The translations under genes and the position numbers were made by a program. The notes below the pieces were generated by a model that was not told the DNA's origin, did not search any database, and was given only the letters and a program-made list of their open reading frames with translations. From Escherichia coli (GTDB lineage Bacteria; Pseudomonadota; Gammaproteobacteria; Enterobacterales; Enterobacteriaceae), in NCBI RefSeq assembly GCF_016026235.1, contig NZ_CP065613.1: a stretch of 64,000 bases of DNA; one strand, given 5' to 3'. Below, piece by piece: positions 1 to 10,473 of the stretch; positions within the stretch are counted from its first letter, which is position 1; each line of letters starts with the position of its first letter.

Positions 1-1580
1 TGATCGCGGTAATCGCCGTAGGCGAGGGTGGCATCGCGTACCGGGTTGAGTAACGGCAGTTGCAGATTGCCGAATTCATCCTTTCCCTGCGGTGGTGGTA
101 CGTCCATAAAGGCTTTAGCCTGTGCCAGTACGTTAACGCCGGACTGCCAGTTCTGGTTGTAATAATGGTGCCAGCTTCCGACCAGCAATGCCGCCAGTGC
201 CGCGCCACAGGCGGAAAAGGCGGTCAGCCTGCGCCGGGAGCTGTTCAGCCAGACGCTGTTTTCACCTGCAAGGTTTGGCTCGGCCAGCAGGACTTCCGGG
301 AAGAGGCGGCGGGTGAAATACGGCGTTGTTTCCACCAGGGGCCAGGTCGCCAGCGAGCTGTTGCCCAGCCCGTACTGGCGGGCGGCGGACTGCGTGAAAA
401 TATCATCCACCTGGCCGCGCTGTAGCGAGGATGTGAGCCAGACGCCGCGCAGCATCACATCCATATTCTCGCCGTCCAGCAATGCGGCGAGCAGTGAAGT
501 GACGATTTCTCCCGTTCCCTGCATCTGACGGGAGAAACTGAACACGGCGCTGCGTAGCGCAGCACCGGTCTGCACGAGCATCAGGTCTGACAGCGCCAGG
601 TTCATCTGTTGCCCCCACGTCTGCCAGAACGCACTCAGCTCACTGCGCCAGTCATCGTTTTCATGGGCGCGGCGGGTAAATGTGACGCCGAGGATCGCAT
701 CGCGGCCTTTTTTATCCAGCGAATGGAAAAGTGCGGCAAAGCCAGTCAGCAGATCCAGCCGGGTCAGCACCACATAAACGGGCAACCGGCAGTGCAGGCA
801 CTGGCGGATCTCCTGGAGTTGCTGACGCAGATTTTGTACCAGTGCTTCGCGGCGGGGTTTATCCGCCGTCAGCAGATCGGGAAGATCGAGCGTCAGGATC
901 AGACCGTTGAGCGGCTGGCGTGCGCGTGTTTGCATTAGCCAGCCCAGCCAGTGTTCGCGCAGGCGGCGGTGGAGCAGATCATCCCCGCCGGGGGAGGTCA
1001 GTACACCGTCAACATCGAAAATCACCGCCTGGTTGCCCACTCGTGGTGTGATCAGCGGATGGTATTCCACACCCCGGATGCTTTCCGGCGTGTAAATAAT
1101 GTCAGATGGAAAGCTCTCACGCAACAGCGTGCTTTTACCGCTACCGGCAGGTCCAATGACCATATACCACGGCAGTTGCCACAGATAGCGGTGGTTATCC
1201 AGATGGCGGCGCAGGCGCAGCAGCCAGTGATCCAGATATTGCTGCTGGCGGTGGAGTTGCACGGTCAGCGGATCTTTTTCTTCCTCCCGCTGCTGTTTCT
1301 GCTGTTTTTCCAGCTTTTGCAGACGCTTCATTACCCGCCAGGTGAGCCAGATCAGAGCGGTAAGTCCCCAGACGGCAGTCGCAAGCCAGCGGTTTGCCAG
1401 GGGAGCCAGCCAGTGCTGCTCATAGAGCGTCCATTTCGGACCCTGCCACCAGATCCATACCAGCAGAAAAAACCATGCCAGCATCAGTAGCCAGGTGGCG
1501 GAAACTTTAAACCGCGGCATCGCTGGCCTGAGCGCAGATTTCAACGTGCTGAACAGTCGGGATGTGGGAAATTTGAACAC
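1..1580 (-). CDS. tssM: TssM (IcmF-like) T6SS inner-membrane protein, N-terminal part; gene continues past window start
   Basis: Minus-strand frame open from window edge to GTG at 1580 (AGGAG 5 nt upstream; alternative ATG at 1520). Own translation gives a hydrophobic N-terminus and Walker A GPAGSGKS. Not in ORF track because it is truncated by the window edge. Confidence 0.7.
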   Translation of the reverse strand, partial: MFKFPTSRLFSTLKSALRPAMPRFKVSATWLLMLAWFFLLVWIWWQGPKWTLYEQHWLAPLANRWLATAVWGLTALIWLTWRVMKRLQKLEKQQKQQREEEKDPLTVQLHRQQQYLDHWLLRLRRHLDNHRYLWQLPWYMVIGPAGSGKSTLLRESFPSDIIYTPESIRGVEYHPLITPRVGNQAVIFDVDGVLTSPGGDDLLHRRLREHWLGWLMQTRARQPLNGLILTLDLPDLLTADKPRREALVQNLRQQLQEIRQCLHCRLPVYVVLTRLDLLTGFAALFHSLDKKGRDAILGVTFTRRAHENDDWRSELSAFWQTWGQQMNLALSDLMLVQTGAALRSAVFSFSRQMQGTGEIVTSLLAALLDGENMDVMLRGVWLTSSLQRGQVDDIFTQSAARQYGLGNSSLATWPLVETTPYFTRRLFPEVLLAEPNLAGENSVWLNSSRRRLTAFSACGAALAALLVGSWHHYYNQNWQSGVNVLAQAKAFMDVPPPQGKDEFGNLQLPLLNPVRDATLAYGDYRD

Positions 1581-1599
1581 AGTAACTCCTTGTTATCTT

Positions 1600-3042
1600 T
1601 TACTGTTCTGCCGTGAGTTTTTGTTCCAGTGCTTTCAGCAGGGAAGGCTCCCATTCGGGTAGCATCATGTGTAAGCCTGTTTTGAAGAGCATCCGGTACT
1701 GCTGTTGTGCAAGCTGAACCATACCGGCTTCTTCCAGTAACTGCGCGCCGAAAAATTGGCGATGAAACTGGTTACGGGGATCACCTTCGGGCAGGTTTTC
1801 CAGATACCGCAGCGCGGTTTCCAGCCCGTTCTCATCGAAGCACGCCCTGGCCGCCTGTAATTCTTCATCGGTCTGTACAGCTGCTGCGGTTTGGTTGCCT
1901 GAGCCCGATGGTGCCAGCCACTGTTTCGTCTGTTCGGACACAAACGGAGTGCGGTCGTTAAACAACAGGTTGATCAGTGCGGGCAGGCGGGCCAGAAACC
2001 CGGTAACTTCATCACGAATAGCATCCGCCACCTGTTTATAACCGAGGCGCAACGCGGTCTGTGCTGAGAGGTAATGGCCGTCCAGCCAGTACGGGGCCAG
2101 CAGCAGGCTTTTTTCCACCTGCTGCCATAGCGCCATGTCGGCATTGTTCAGCCGCGCCAGGTAATCATCCATCATATCGACAGGGAAGGCTGCCAGTGGG
2201 GTCCGTCCATCGCTTTCTGCCTGCGGAGTACTGGTGATGGTCTGCCACAGCGCATGGCGGCGCAGTCGGTAACCCTGCGGTGACTCCGGCTGGCGCTCAC
2301 AGAGAATGGCTGCCACCTTCAGCAGGGTGTCGCGCCATGCTTTATCGTCGTGGCTGTCAACAGTGACTTGCGGGATTGGAGTGGCTGCAGCAGGAGGCTG
2401 AGCGGCAACCGTGTGCGGTGACATATCCGGTACAGATCCGGTCGTGGCCTGCGGCGCACTGGCGGCGGTTCGTGCCGATGATGGCATTTCAGGCGCGACA
2501 TCACGAAACGCGCGCTGAAACAGGGCAAATAAATCGTCTGTCGCCTTAGCCAGCTCAGGCGCGTTGTGCGCCTGCCAGCACTGTGCCAGTTTTGCCAGCT
2601 CTCCCAGCAAAGCATCGCGCTGTGTTGTCGCAGCATTCCCGGCAAAGTCCTGAACGGCAGACTCAAAGCGTTTTATCACCTGGGCGGCAAAGCGTTTTTT
2701 GTGGGCCATGTTCTGCGGTGCGGCGCATGTCCAGTAGTGCTCTGTATATTGTGCCAGCATCCTGGAGGCCAGCAGAATATCACCGGCATGTTGCAGGGTA
2801 CGCAGCAGGTGGGCCAGCAGGCGAAAATCTTTGGTTTCTGAGGCCAGAAGCATCAGGCCCCGGCGCTGAAGTTCGGGGATATCAAGCTGGCTGTGCGCCA
2901 GTGAGCCTAGCTTGACGATTTCGCTGTCGATAAACTCCCAGTCTGCATTACCATCATCAAGCGCGGCGGACAGCTTATCTTCCGGCAGGTTTTCCAGCAG
3001 GTGTGCAAGCCATACATCAGGATTACGTAAGTCCATTGCCAT
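1600..3042 (-). CDS. tssA: TssA (ImpA-family) T6SS protein
   Basis: Track ORF 1600..3108; start trimmed to ATG 3042 (GGGAG upstream, immediately after stop of upstream gene). N-terminal region resembles ImpA_N; position between tssM and clpV. Confidence 0.75.
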   Translation of the reverse strand: MAMDLRNPDVWLAHLLENLPEDKLSAALDDGNADWEFIDSEIVKLGSLAHSQLDIPELQRRGLMLLASETKDFRLLAHLLRTLQHAGDILLASRMLAQYTEHYWTCAAPQNMAHKKRFAAQVIKRFESAVQDFAGNAATTQRDALLGELAKLAQCWQAHNAPELAKATDDLFALFQRAFRDVAPEMPSSARTAASAPQATTGSVPDMSPHTVAAQPPAAATPIPQVTVDSHDDKAWRDTLLKVAAILCERQPESPQGYRLRRHALWQTITSTPQAESDGRTPLAAFPVDMMDDYLARLNNADMALWQQVEKSLLLAPYWLDGHYLSAQTALRLGYKQVADAIRDEVTGFLARLPALINLLFNDRTPFVSEQTKQWLAPSGSGNQTAAAVQTDEELQAARACFDENGLETALRYLENLPEGDPRNQFHRQFFGAQLLEEAGMVQLAQQQYRMLFKTGLHMMLPEWEPSLLKALEQKLTAEQ

Positions 3043-3046
3043 ATTC

Positions 3047-3790
3047 TTATTCTCCCGCCCAGTGGCAGGCGTCGCGTAGCGGCGCAATAACCCGTGCCAG
3101 CCCGTCAATGTTAAAGGTCAGCTTTCCGGCGGCGTTGTCTGCGCCGGTATCCACCGTCAGCGTTTTTGCGCCGAACAGTTGCTTAATTTCATCAATCCCG
3201 GATAACCCCCTGCTGGACTCCAGCAGGGTGCCGTTCTCGCGCACAAACCAGTGGCTGCGCAGTGCCCGTGTGTCGGCATTCAGGGTGACGGCGATATCGT
3301 GGACATCCAGAGGGTGCATCAGCGCCACCTGCATCCGGGTAATATTGTCCACGCAACTGAACATCAGCACCGGGCGTGGCGGAACATGGCCGATAGCCGG
3401 GGTGGTTATCACCACCGTCGGGCGTTCCCCCGGCACCTGCGTCACCAGCAGCTCCGTGGTGTTGCCCTGGCGGCGTTTTTCCTGCTCTGTGGCGCGGGTC
3501 CAGGCTTCGCCCACAAAGCTGGCTTTGACCAGTGCGGCGTTGCCGAAGCCGGGCTGTTCCGGCGCAAGAATGCGGTCATAACAGTCAAGCCGCTCCAGCG
3601 CCGCAGACTCCCGCCGACAGGACTGCATGGCCTGTAACGTAGCTGTCGCATCCGGCGGGGTCGTGGTGGCGACGGCGACCGCCACACCGGCCATTGACGA
3701 TGTTTCTGCGGGCGCGGCACTGGCCGGTAAGCCCGCCATCAGGCCCGCGATAAACCATCCTGTCTGCCGGAAAACGCGCAACCTGCTCAT
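3047..3790 (-). CDS. T6SS-associated secreted protein (VasI/DUF2094-like), signal peptide
   Basis: 247 aa ORF with N-terminal signal-like segment ending in AAPA; sits between clpV and tssA as in other T6SS clusters. Confidence 0.45.
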   Translation of the reverse strand: MSRLRVFRQTGWFIAGLMAGLPASAAPAETSSMAGVAVAVATTTPPDATATLQAMQSCRRESAALERLDCYDRILAPEQPGFGNAALVKASFVGEAWTRATEQEKRRQGNTTELLVTQVPGERPTVVITTPAIGHVPPRPVLMFSCVDNITRMQVALMHPLDVHDIAVTLNADTRALRSHWFVRENGTLLESSRGLSGIDEIKQLFGAKTLTVDTGADNAAGKLTFNIDGLARVIAPLRDACHWAGE

Positions 3791-6519
3791 AAAACCATTT
3801 CATCCTCTGTGACGGACTCGTCGTCCTGAGCATCTTCCACGTCTGCCGTGAATGCACCGTCTGCCGCCGACAGGCGGATGCGGGCAATCGCCGTGTTAGC
3901 CGCCATTTTCTGCAACAGCAGCAGCGAGAGCGGCGGCAGCATGTCGCCGTCGATGACCGATTCGAGCATCCTCGCGCCGTTTTCCGCGCGGGTGACGCGG
4001 CTCATGATTTCGTCCGTCACTTCCGGCTCAATAACCACCTCCGCGCCAAAGCGGCTGCGCAGCACGTTATCCAGGCGGGCCAGTTTCCCGGCGATGATGG
4101 TGGCGAGCGTCTCTTTCGACAGCGGCAGGTAAGGCACCACCTCCATTCGCGCAAGCAGGGCAGGTTTAAAGAAGTCAGCCAGCACCGGATAGAGGGCTTC
4201 CTGCATGGTCTCCGGGTCATCCGCGTGTTCGACAATCATCTGGTAACCGAGGTTGGAGGTGAGGAAGAAGACGATATTCTTACAGTCAATCAGGCGGCCT
4301 TCGCCGTCTGCCATCTCGCCCTTGTCGAACGCCTGGTAGAACAGGTTGAGCACATCCGGGTGCGCTTTTTCCACTTCATCGAGCAGTACCACCGAGTAGG
4401 GTTTCTGGCGGATGGCTTCAGTCAGTACGCCGCCTTCGCCATAGCCGACATAGCCCGGAGGGGAGCCAATCAGCCGCGAGACGGTGTGCTTCTCCTGGAA
4501 CTCGGACATATTGATGGTGGTGAGGTACTGGCGACCGCCGTAGAGCAGCTCTGCCAGTTGCAGGACGGTTTCGGTTTTACCCACGCCGCTGGGGCCAGCC
4601 AGCAGGAACGCGCCGAGCGGGCGTCCCGGACGGCGCAGGTCGGCGCGTGCGGTCAGCAGGTGTTTATGCAGGCTGGCAATTGCCAGGTCCTGGCCTTTGA
4701 TGGTGTCACCAAGCCACTTCGGCAGGTCGGTGATGACCGACATTTCATTCTGCGACAGGCGGTTAAGCGGTACGCCGGTCCATTCGGCAATCACCGCCGC
4801 AATCTGTTTTTTATCGACGTGCGGGGAAACCAGCAACCGGTCGTTATGCAGGGCGTCCAGTTCGGCAGTGAGTTGTACTAGCTGCTGCACCGGGGAAACT
4901 GTTTCAGCGGTCTCTTCCGGCTGTGTACTGCCCGCATCATCAGCCGGTGCGGTACCGGTATTATCCTGTTCTGACTCTGGCGGCGTATCCACTACGGCAT
5001 CTGTGTCCTCTGTCACACCCAGCAATAGCTGGCGCAGCGCGATAATTTCCCGTACCAGCGTCTGCTGCTGGTGCCAGGCCGCTTCCAGTTCATCCAGCGC
5101 CGTCAGCGTTTCATCGTACTGCACCAGCACCTCAGTCATCCGTGAAGTGTCGGTACGCAGCCCGATGCGAAGCTCGCGCTCAAGCTGGCGAATTTCCGCC
5201 TCCTGCTGGTGGCTCAGGGTGGTCAGCGCCGAGATTTGCTTCGGTGGCGATGACAGGTTGATTGCCACACGTGCGCAGGCCGTATCCAGCACATCAATGG
5301 CTTTGTCTGGCAACTGACGCCCGGAGAGATAACGCTCACTTAATGTCGCAGCGGCCTGCAAGGCGTCATCATCAATCAGCACACCGTGAGACTGTTCATA
5401 GACCGAAGAGAGGCCGCGCAGAATAATGGTGGCTTCGGCAGCACTGGGTTCACTGACCTTCACCAACTGGAAGCGACGCGACAGGGCGGCGTCTTTCTCG
5501 AAGTATTTTTTGTACTCGCTCCAGGTGGTGGCGGCGATGGTTTTCAGCTCGCCACGCGCCAGTGCCGGTTTGAGCAGGTTGGAGATATCCAGCCCGCCCT
5601 GCTGGTTGCCCGCGCCAATCAGGGTATGCGCTTCGTCGATAAACAGAATGACCGGCACCGGAGAGGAAATGACCTCCGCCATCAGCCCCTTGAAACGTTT
5701 TTCAAACTCACCTTTCACCGATGCTCCGGCCTGCAATGCGCCCAGGTCAAGAGTCATGATATCGGTGTTTTTCAGCTTATCCGGCACCTGCCCTGCCACG
5801 ATGCGCAGCGCCAGCCCTTCAATCAGCGCGCTTTTGCCCACGCCGGCTTCGCCCACCACCACCGGATTGTTTTTACGGCGGCGGCAGAGAATGTCGATCA
5901 TCAGGTCGATTTCGTGGTCGCGGCACAGTACCGGGTCAAGTTTTCCGTTACGGGCGTCTGCGGTCATGTTTTTGGCGTAGCGGGCCAGCAGGGTGTCGCT
6001 GGTTTCCGTTGCGCGGGGCGTTTGCCCGCCAGCCAGATCCACGGATTCGGCGGATTCTTTTGTCCATGCGGCGAAATCCTGCTGTAACTGGTCGCGGTTT
6101 ATGGCCGTCAGCAGACGGGCAGCAGCGGGTGGAATATAGCGCAGCGGTGAATGCAACAGAGTAAGCAGCAGGACGCCGCTGCGCAGTTCGCTGTGCTGCA
6201 TCTGGGCCGAGGCCAGCAGCCATGACTCCTTGAGCCATTCGACCAGCATCGGGGAGAAGCTGGGATAGCCATCGGCGGAACGTCCGCCGGGATAACTCTC
6301 CACGGTCAGCGCCTGGCGTAAATCCTCCGCACTGATGCCTGTGCGTTCGGCAATCACCCTTACGTCGTTGCGCGGGATTGCCAGCATCTGTAACAGCACA
6401 TGGGCAACGGTGATCTCACTGGCCTGCTGGCTCATACACTCCGAGGCAGCCATTTCCAGCGCCTGTTTTGCAAAGGGGTTAAGCCGCTTTACCAGCGTGG
6501 CTAAATCAATCTGGATCAT
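3787..6519 (-). CDS. clpV: ClpV (TssH) AAA+ ATPase
   Basis: 910 aa; two AAA+ modules with Walker A GEAGVGKS and GPSGVGKT; Clp N-domain-like start. Confidence 0.9.
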   Translation of the reverse strand: MIQIDLATLVKRLNPFAKQALEMAASECMSQQASEITVAHVLLQMLAIPRNDVRVIAERTGISAEDLRQALTVESYPGGRSADGYPSFSPMLVEWLKESWLLASAQMQHSELRSGVLLLTLLHSPLRYIPPAAARLLTAINRDQLQQDFAAWTKESAESVDLAGGQTPRATETSDTLLARYAKNMTADARNGKLDPVLCRDHEIDLMIDILCRRRKNNPVVVGEAGVGKSALIEGLALRIVAGQVPDKLKNTDIMTLDLGALQAGASVKGEFEKRFKGLMAEVISSPVPVILFIDEAHTLIGAGNQQGGLDISNLLKPALARGELKTIAATTWSEYKKYFEKDAALSRRFQLVKVSEPSAAEATIILRGLSSVYEQSHGVLIDDDALQAAATLSERYLSGRQLPDKAIDVLDTACARVAINLSSPPKQISALTTLSHQQEAEIRQLERELRIGLRTDTSRMTEVLVQYDETLTALDELEAAWHQQQTLVREIIALRQLLLGVTEDTDAVVDTPPESEQDNTGTAPADDAGSTQPEETAETVSPVQQLVQLTAELDALHNDRLLVSPHVDKKQIAAVIAEWTGVPLNRLSQNEMSVITDLPKWLGDTIKGQDLAIASLHKHLLTARADLRRPGRPLGAFLLAGPSGVGKTETVLQLAELLYGGRQYLTTINMSEFQEKHTVSRLIGSPPGYVGYGEGGVLTEAIRQKPYSVVLLDEVEKAHPDVLNLFYQAFDKGEMADGEGRLIDCKNIVFFLTSNLGYQMIVEHADDPETMQEALYPVLADFFKPALLARMEVVPYLPLSKETLATIIAGKLARLDNVLRSRFGAEVVIEPEVTDEIMSRVTRAENGARMLESVIDGDMLPPLSLLLLQKMAANTAIARIRLSAADGAFTADVEDAQDDESVTEDEMVL

Positions 6520-6528
6520 AAGATGTCC

Positions 6529-7302
6529 TTATCGGAGTAATTTATTGAGCTGATGCAGAATATCCTGTGTCTGGCTGTCCAGACGCAGCAGATAAAACAG
6601 ATAAAATACGGCCAGCACAACAAGACCTCCGCACATTACATGCCTGATGGTCAGCCGCCGGATTAACTGATAACGCCCACCCTGTATGTTGTTCTTCTGG
6701 TGAAGCAGCGGAAATGGCGCATCGCCGCGCAGTTTGTGCAGGGCATGGTGCAGGCGCTGGTAGATCCGCTCAAATTCATCCTGTTGCTGAATGGCAACCT
6801 TGTAGCGCCCGCGAAAGCCGAGCGAAAAACAAAGGTATAAAAATTCCAGCAGATCCTGGTAACGTATCGGCTCCCGGATAAGGCGTTCGAGCAGGATAAA
6901 CACTTTCTCGCCGCCCCAGGCTTCGTTATGAAAATGAACCAGCAGCGACTGTTTGATCCATTCGTTTTTGTTGGACCAGCCGTTGCCCAGCGCCGCTTCG
7001 TCAATAAACGTGCAGAGAATGTAGCGGAACGAAACAATGACGCCCGGTTCGTATCCCTGTTCCTGGAGTAGTTGTTCTACGGCCTGGACATCGGTTACCA
7101 CCTGGGCAAACAGATGTTCTGGCATGGCCTGGCTGTTCATGGTGGACAGACGCATCACCATGCCGAGCAACGGCGTGGCGGCGTCAATCATTGGGTTCAG
7201 GCTGTTGCCGCGAAGGGCGAGACGGTACTGACGTCCTGATGTTCCGCTCTCCGGCTCCATGGGAAAAACCGACGGTTCACCCATATCGCTGATATCGCTC
7301 AT
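6529..7302 (-). CDS. tssL: TssL (DotU-like) T6SS membrane protein
   Basis: 257 aa with C-terminal TM helix (GGLVVLAVFYLFYLL); position between tssK and clpV. Confidence 0.7.
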   Translation of the reverse strand: MSDISDMGEPSVFPMEPESGTSGRQYRLALRGNSLNPMIDAATPLLGMVMRLSTMNSQAMPEHLFAQVVTDVQAVEQLLQEQGYEPGVIVSFRYILCTFIDEAALGNGWSNKNEWIKQSLLVHFHNEAWGGEKVFILLERLIREPIRYQDLLEFLYLCFSLGFRGRYKVAIQQQDEFERIYQRLHHALHKLRGDAPFPLLHQKNNIQGGRYQLIRRLTIRHVMCGGLVVLAVFYLFYLLRLDSQTQDILHQLNKLLR

Positions 7303-7306
7303 TCAC

Positions 7307-8653
7307 TTATCCCCTTATCGCCCAGAGCTGAAGGTTCAGATCGGGGAAGGTGCCGGAGATATGCAGCGCCAGCGCGCCCGCTTTTATCACGTCCTGCCAG
7401 GCTGGGGTGCCTTTTTCCAGTTCGAAGTAAACATAACCTTCATGCCAGGGCAACTGACGCGGCGCAGCGGTAAGCGTGTGCAGCGGAATACCCGGCACCT
7501 GCACGCTGACCACGCTGCGGATTTTGTCGGTAGCGGCCACTTTCGACTGCTGGATGAACTGGCGTTGTACCTGGTCGTAGGGCATCCTGGCGCGCACTGC
7601 CAGTACCAGCTTGCAGGACTGCAACAGTGTGGGATCGTTGATGGTGGCGATCCAGGTCCCCTCTGAAAAGAACAGCGGCAGATTCTGCGCACGCGGCACC
7701 AGTACGGTATTGAGCGCGCGCCGCAGTTCCGGGATCACGGTTCTGGTGAAGGTCGCGGTAAGATCCCTGTGATTATATGGCTCCACGGTGCAGGGCAGGC
7801 GATTACCTTCGGTAAAGGTCATCAGTTCTCCCAGCAGCCCCACCAGATTCCGGTAGAAGGCTTCCGGATGCAGCGTGTGCAGTTGGGAACGATGCGTGAA
7901 CTGCATTTGATGGCGGTTAAGCATCTGCAACATCATAAATTCGGCTACATCGGCGATCCCGCTCTGTTCAGGCGAACCAATGCGCCCGGCCAGGTCAGCG
8001 GCGCGGGTGGCAAGTAGTCCCTGCACCTCGCCGGAGAATGCCCCGAGCAACCCGCTGACACGGACGGCCTGAATGGTGGGAATAAAGGTGTTGTCCAGCA
8101 CCAGCGCGCCGGTGGCATTTTTATTGAGGATACGGCACAGGGGGAGAGTCACCATCGCGCTGAGATCATCTGCGCCGCTGACTATCCTGGGGATCAACTG
8201 TCCCAGACCGACTGGCTGTTCGTCGCCTTCGTCAGTGTGAAAATCACGGACGCGGGTATGGGTGAGGCGGTAACGCTCCGTACCCTGACCGGCGCTGTGC
8301 AACCCCTGGATTTCATTGATCACGTCGCTTATCACCGGCAGCGCCAGATAAATACTGTGGCTCTCTTTCGATGAAAGGGTTCCCGGCTGGAAAGGTTCCG
8401 GCAGCAGATCCTGGTCGGGAATACTGAATACGGTGCCGTCAGGCATGCAGCCCGCCGCACGGTCAATCATAATTTTGCCCTGAGCAAGCAGTTCGGTATT
8501 GATGGAGAGTTCCGTAAAGCCCCAGAAAAAATCACCCAGTGCATCCAGACGACGGGTCAGCAGGTACTCGCAGTGACGCTGCTGTTGCTGAAAATGCTGC
8601 GGCAGGGCAAACAGCCCTTCCTGCCAGATCACCTTGTTTTTCATTGTTGCCAT
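7307..8653 (-). CDS. tssK: TssK baseplate protein
   Basis: 448 aa; N-terminus MATMKNKVIWQEGLFALPQHFQQ typical of TssK; gene order. Confidence 0.8.
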   Translation of the reverse strand: MATMKNKVIWQEGLFALPQHFQQQQRHCEYLLTRRLDALGDFFWGFTELSINTELLAQGKIMIDRAAGCMPDGTVFSIPDQDLLPEPFQPGTLSSKESHSIYLALPVISDVINEIQGLHSAGQGTERYRLTHTRVRDFHTDEGDEQPVGLGQLIPRIVSGADDLSAMVTLPLCRILNKNATGALVLDNTFIPTIQAVRVSGLLGAFSGEVQGLLATRAADLAGRIGSPEQSGIADVAEFMMLQMLNRHQMQFTHRSQLHTLHPEAFYRNLVGLLGELMTFTEGNRLPCTVEPYNHRDLTATFTRTVIPELRRALNTVLVPRAQNLPLFFSEGTWIATINDPTLLQSCKLVLAVRARMPYDQVQRQFIQQSKVAATDKIRSVVSVQVPGIPLHTLTAAPRQLPWHEGYVYFELEKGTPAWQDVIKAGALALHISGTFPDLNLQLWAIRG

Positions 8654-8655
8654 CG

Positions 8656-9180
8656 TCAGTTTTCCTCTTTTTTCATCTCAATCGCACTGGCGCGGATGTG
8701 CACCAGCAGGCGATAGTGGTGGCCGATACTTTCTACCGGCTCAATTTGTTTCCATTCTGTGGCCTGGTCGTCTGAAAAATAGGCAATGACACCGATATAA
8801 CTGGTTTTCTCATCCAGCTTGATCGGCGGCCGTGTTTTTACGGTGTCCGGCAACAGGTTGAAGTCCTGATGATCGATATAGTTTTTCCCCAGCACGTCGG
8901 GCAGCGCGGTGGTGGCAACCTGGTCGTAGTCGGCGGCCTGGAATTTGGAGTCGTCGCTCAGGTAAACCAGTTGGACATCCACCGGCGCAGCTTCGCCGTC
9001 CGCCGTCAGGTTGCTGTCCGGCTCGGTCAGCAGCGTGACGGTTAGCTCGGTTGACTGATCCATCAGCTTTCCGACCTGAATATCCGGATTGCGGATCACC
9101 TGGCTGATTTTTTTCGCTGTTTCACAGCCAGTTAATACGACGCTCATCAGAACGCAGGCCAGAAACGCTTTGCCGTTCAT
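8656..9180 (-). CDS. tssJ: TssJ outer-membrane lipoprotein
   Basis: 174 aa, lipobox LTGC after signal peptide; upstream of tssK. Confidence 0.7.
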   Translation of the reverse strand: MNGKAFLACVLMSVVLTGCETAKKISQVIRNPDIQVGKLMDQSTELTVTLLTEPDSNLTADGEAAPVDVQLVYLSDDSKFQAADYDQVATTALPDVLGKNYIDHQDFNLLPDTVKTRPPIKLDEKTSYIGVIAYFSDDQATEWKQIEPVESIGHHYRLLVHIRASAIEMKKEEN

Positions 9181-10469
9181 GCTTCCGGCTCCCGCTGTTT
9201 TTCTCGCAGCACCCGGTCATAGACCTGGGCATAAACTTCATTGAACAGCATTTCAAATCCTTGCTGTCGGCTGGAGGCCAGCTCATCGTAATAGTTGCTG
9301 TACATCTGCCATGCCCAGGCGTCGTCCATTTTCTGGCGCAGTTCATGGCTGCGGCGGTATTGCGCAAAGCGGCGCATCAGGTTGCCCGGCGAGAAGGCCT
9401 CCAGCATGACACGCAACGCTTCCACAATCGCCGCCCGGTTAGCCTCTTCATGATGCCGGATGTTGCGCAGGCTTTCGCCGATGGCCGCGGGTGCTGCGAG
9501 ATGTACCGGACTTTTACCCTCAGCGAACATGACGTTCAGCGCAGTGGCGTAGTCCATATCAAGGCGAAGCGGGTTGTCTTCCAGTGGACGCAGGTGTTTA
9601 TCCGACAGGCTGTTCTGTTGTTGTTGCAGGCTCAGCAATCCCTTAATGGCAGCCTGCAACGCCCGTCCGGCCTCTTCGAGAAACTCATCCGCATCCTGAG
9701 AATCGTGCAGCGTCAGCGGGCACTCCATACCGCGCAGCAGCGGGGTCACGGCCAGGTGGTACTGCGCCATGGCAGAAAATTCATCGTCGTCCTCATAACG
9801 GGCATTGCCGGGCGGCAGATCCATAAACGGCGTATTGATCCCGTTTGCACCTGTCAGTTCGGAGGCGGGGGCGACGGGCCGGGAAACGCGTGGTGCGATC
9901 GGATCATCTGCCACCATCAGGCTTTCCGTCTGGAGTGCCTGGAGCGGATCGCTGGAAAAACCGTGCGCCACCGTGGGGGCAAGCTGATGCTGGAACGGCA
10001 TTCCCGGATAGGACGGTTGTCCCTCGGTGGTCAGCAGGGTGTCCGCCAGACTGTCGCGGTTCATCACAATCGTTTCCGGGGTTGCCATCCGCTCGTCGTA
10101 GGTGACAGCCGCGCCGTCATGCAGAAACGCTTTCAACGCCAGTGCACCGAGCTGGATCTCATCCCCTTGGCGCAGGCGGATGAGCGCATCGGAAGAAACC
10201 GGGGCCAGATTAATCATCAGTCCCGGCGTCAGGCACCGCAGGCAATAGGCTCCGTCGTGCCGGATAACGGTACAGGCACGCGCAGCAATGCTTCCCGCCC
10301 GATCCTGTACCTGCCAGTGACATTCCGGCGTATGACCAATATCACCGCCGTTTTCGCTGAACAGGCATTTTGCGGCGCGTCCGCTTTCCAGTTCGTTGCC
10401 ATTCATCACCTGTAAAGTCAGTGAGGCCTGGCGGGATTGCTGTTTTTCCTCAGCCATAAGTGGTTCCAT
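9177..10469 (-). CDS. tagH: FHA-domain protein TagH (Fha)
   Basis: Track ORF 9177..10619; start trimmed to ATG 10469 just after tssG stop. FHA-like N-terminal region (TLQVMNGNELESGRAAKCLFSENGGDIGHTPECHWQV). Confidence 0.65.
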   Translation of the reverse strand: MEPLMAEEKQQSRQASLTLQVMNGNELESGRAAKCLFSENGGDIGHTPECHWQVQDRAGSIAARACTVIRHDGAYCLRCLTPGLMINLAPVSSDALIRLRQGDEIQLGALALKAFLHDGAAVTYDERMATPETIVMNRDSLADTLLTTEGQPSYPGMPFQHQLAPTVAHGFSSDPLQALQTESLMVADDPIAPRVSRPVAPASELTGANGINTPFMDLPPGNARYEDDDEFSAMAQYHLAVTPLLRGMECPLTLHDSQDADEFLEEAGRALQAAIKGLLSLQQQQNSLSDKHLRPLEDNPLRLDMDYATALNVMFAEGKSPVHLAAPAAIGESLRNIRHHEEANRAAIVEALRVMLEAFSPGNLMRRFAQYRRSHELRQKMDDAWAWQMYSNYYDELASSRQQGFEMLFNEVYAQVYDRVLREKQREPEA

Positions 10470-10473
10470 AGAA

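Noticed and set aside
951-1490. 179 aa plus-strand ORF
   Set aside because: Antisense to the partial tssM gene, which has clear motifs.
4225-6087. Plus-strand ORFs (218, 206, 233, 184 aa)
   Set aside because: Antisense or overlapping within clpV; no motifs; clpV frame is clearly the coding one.
9261-10415. 384 aa plus-strand ORF
   Set aside because: Antisense to tagH; Arg/His-rich spurious frame.
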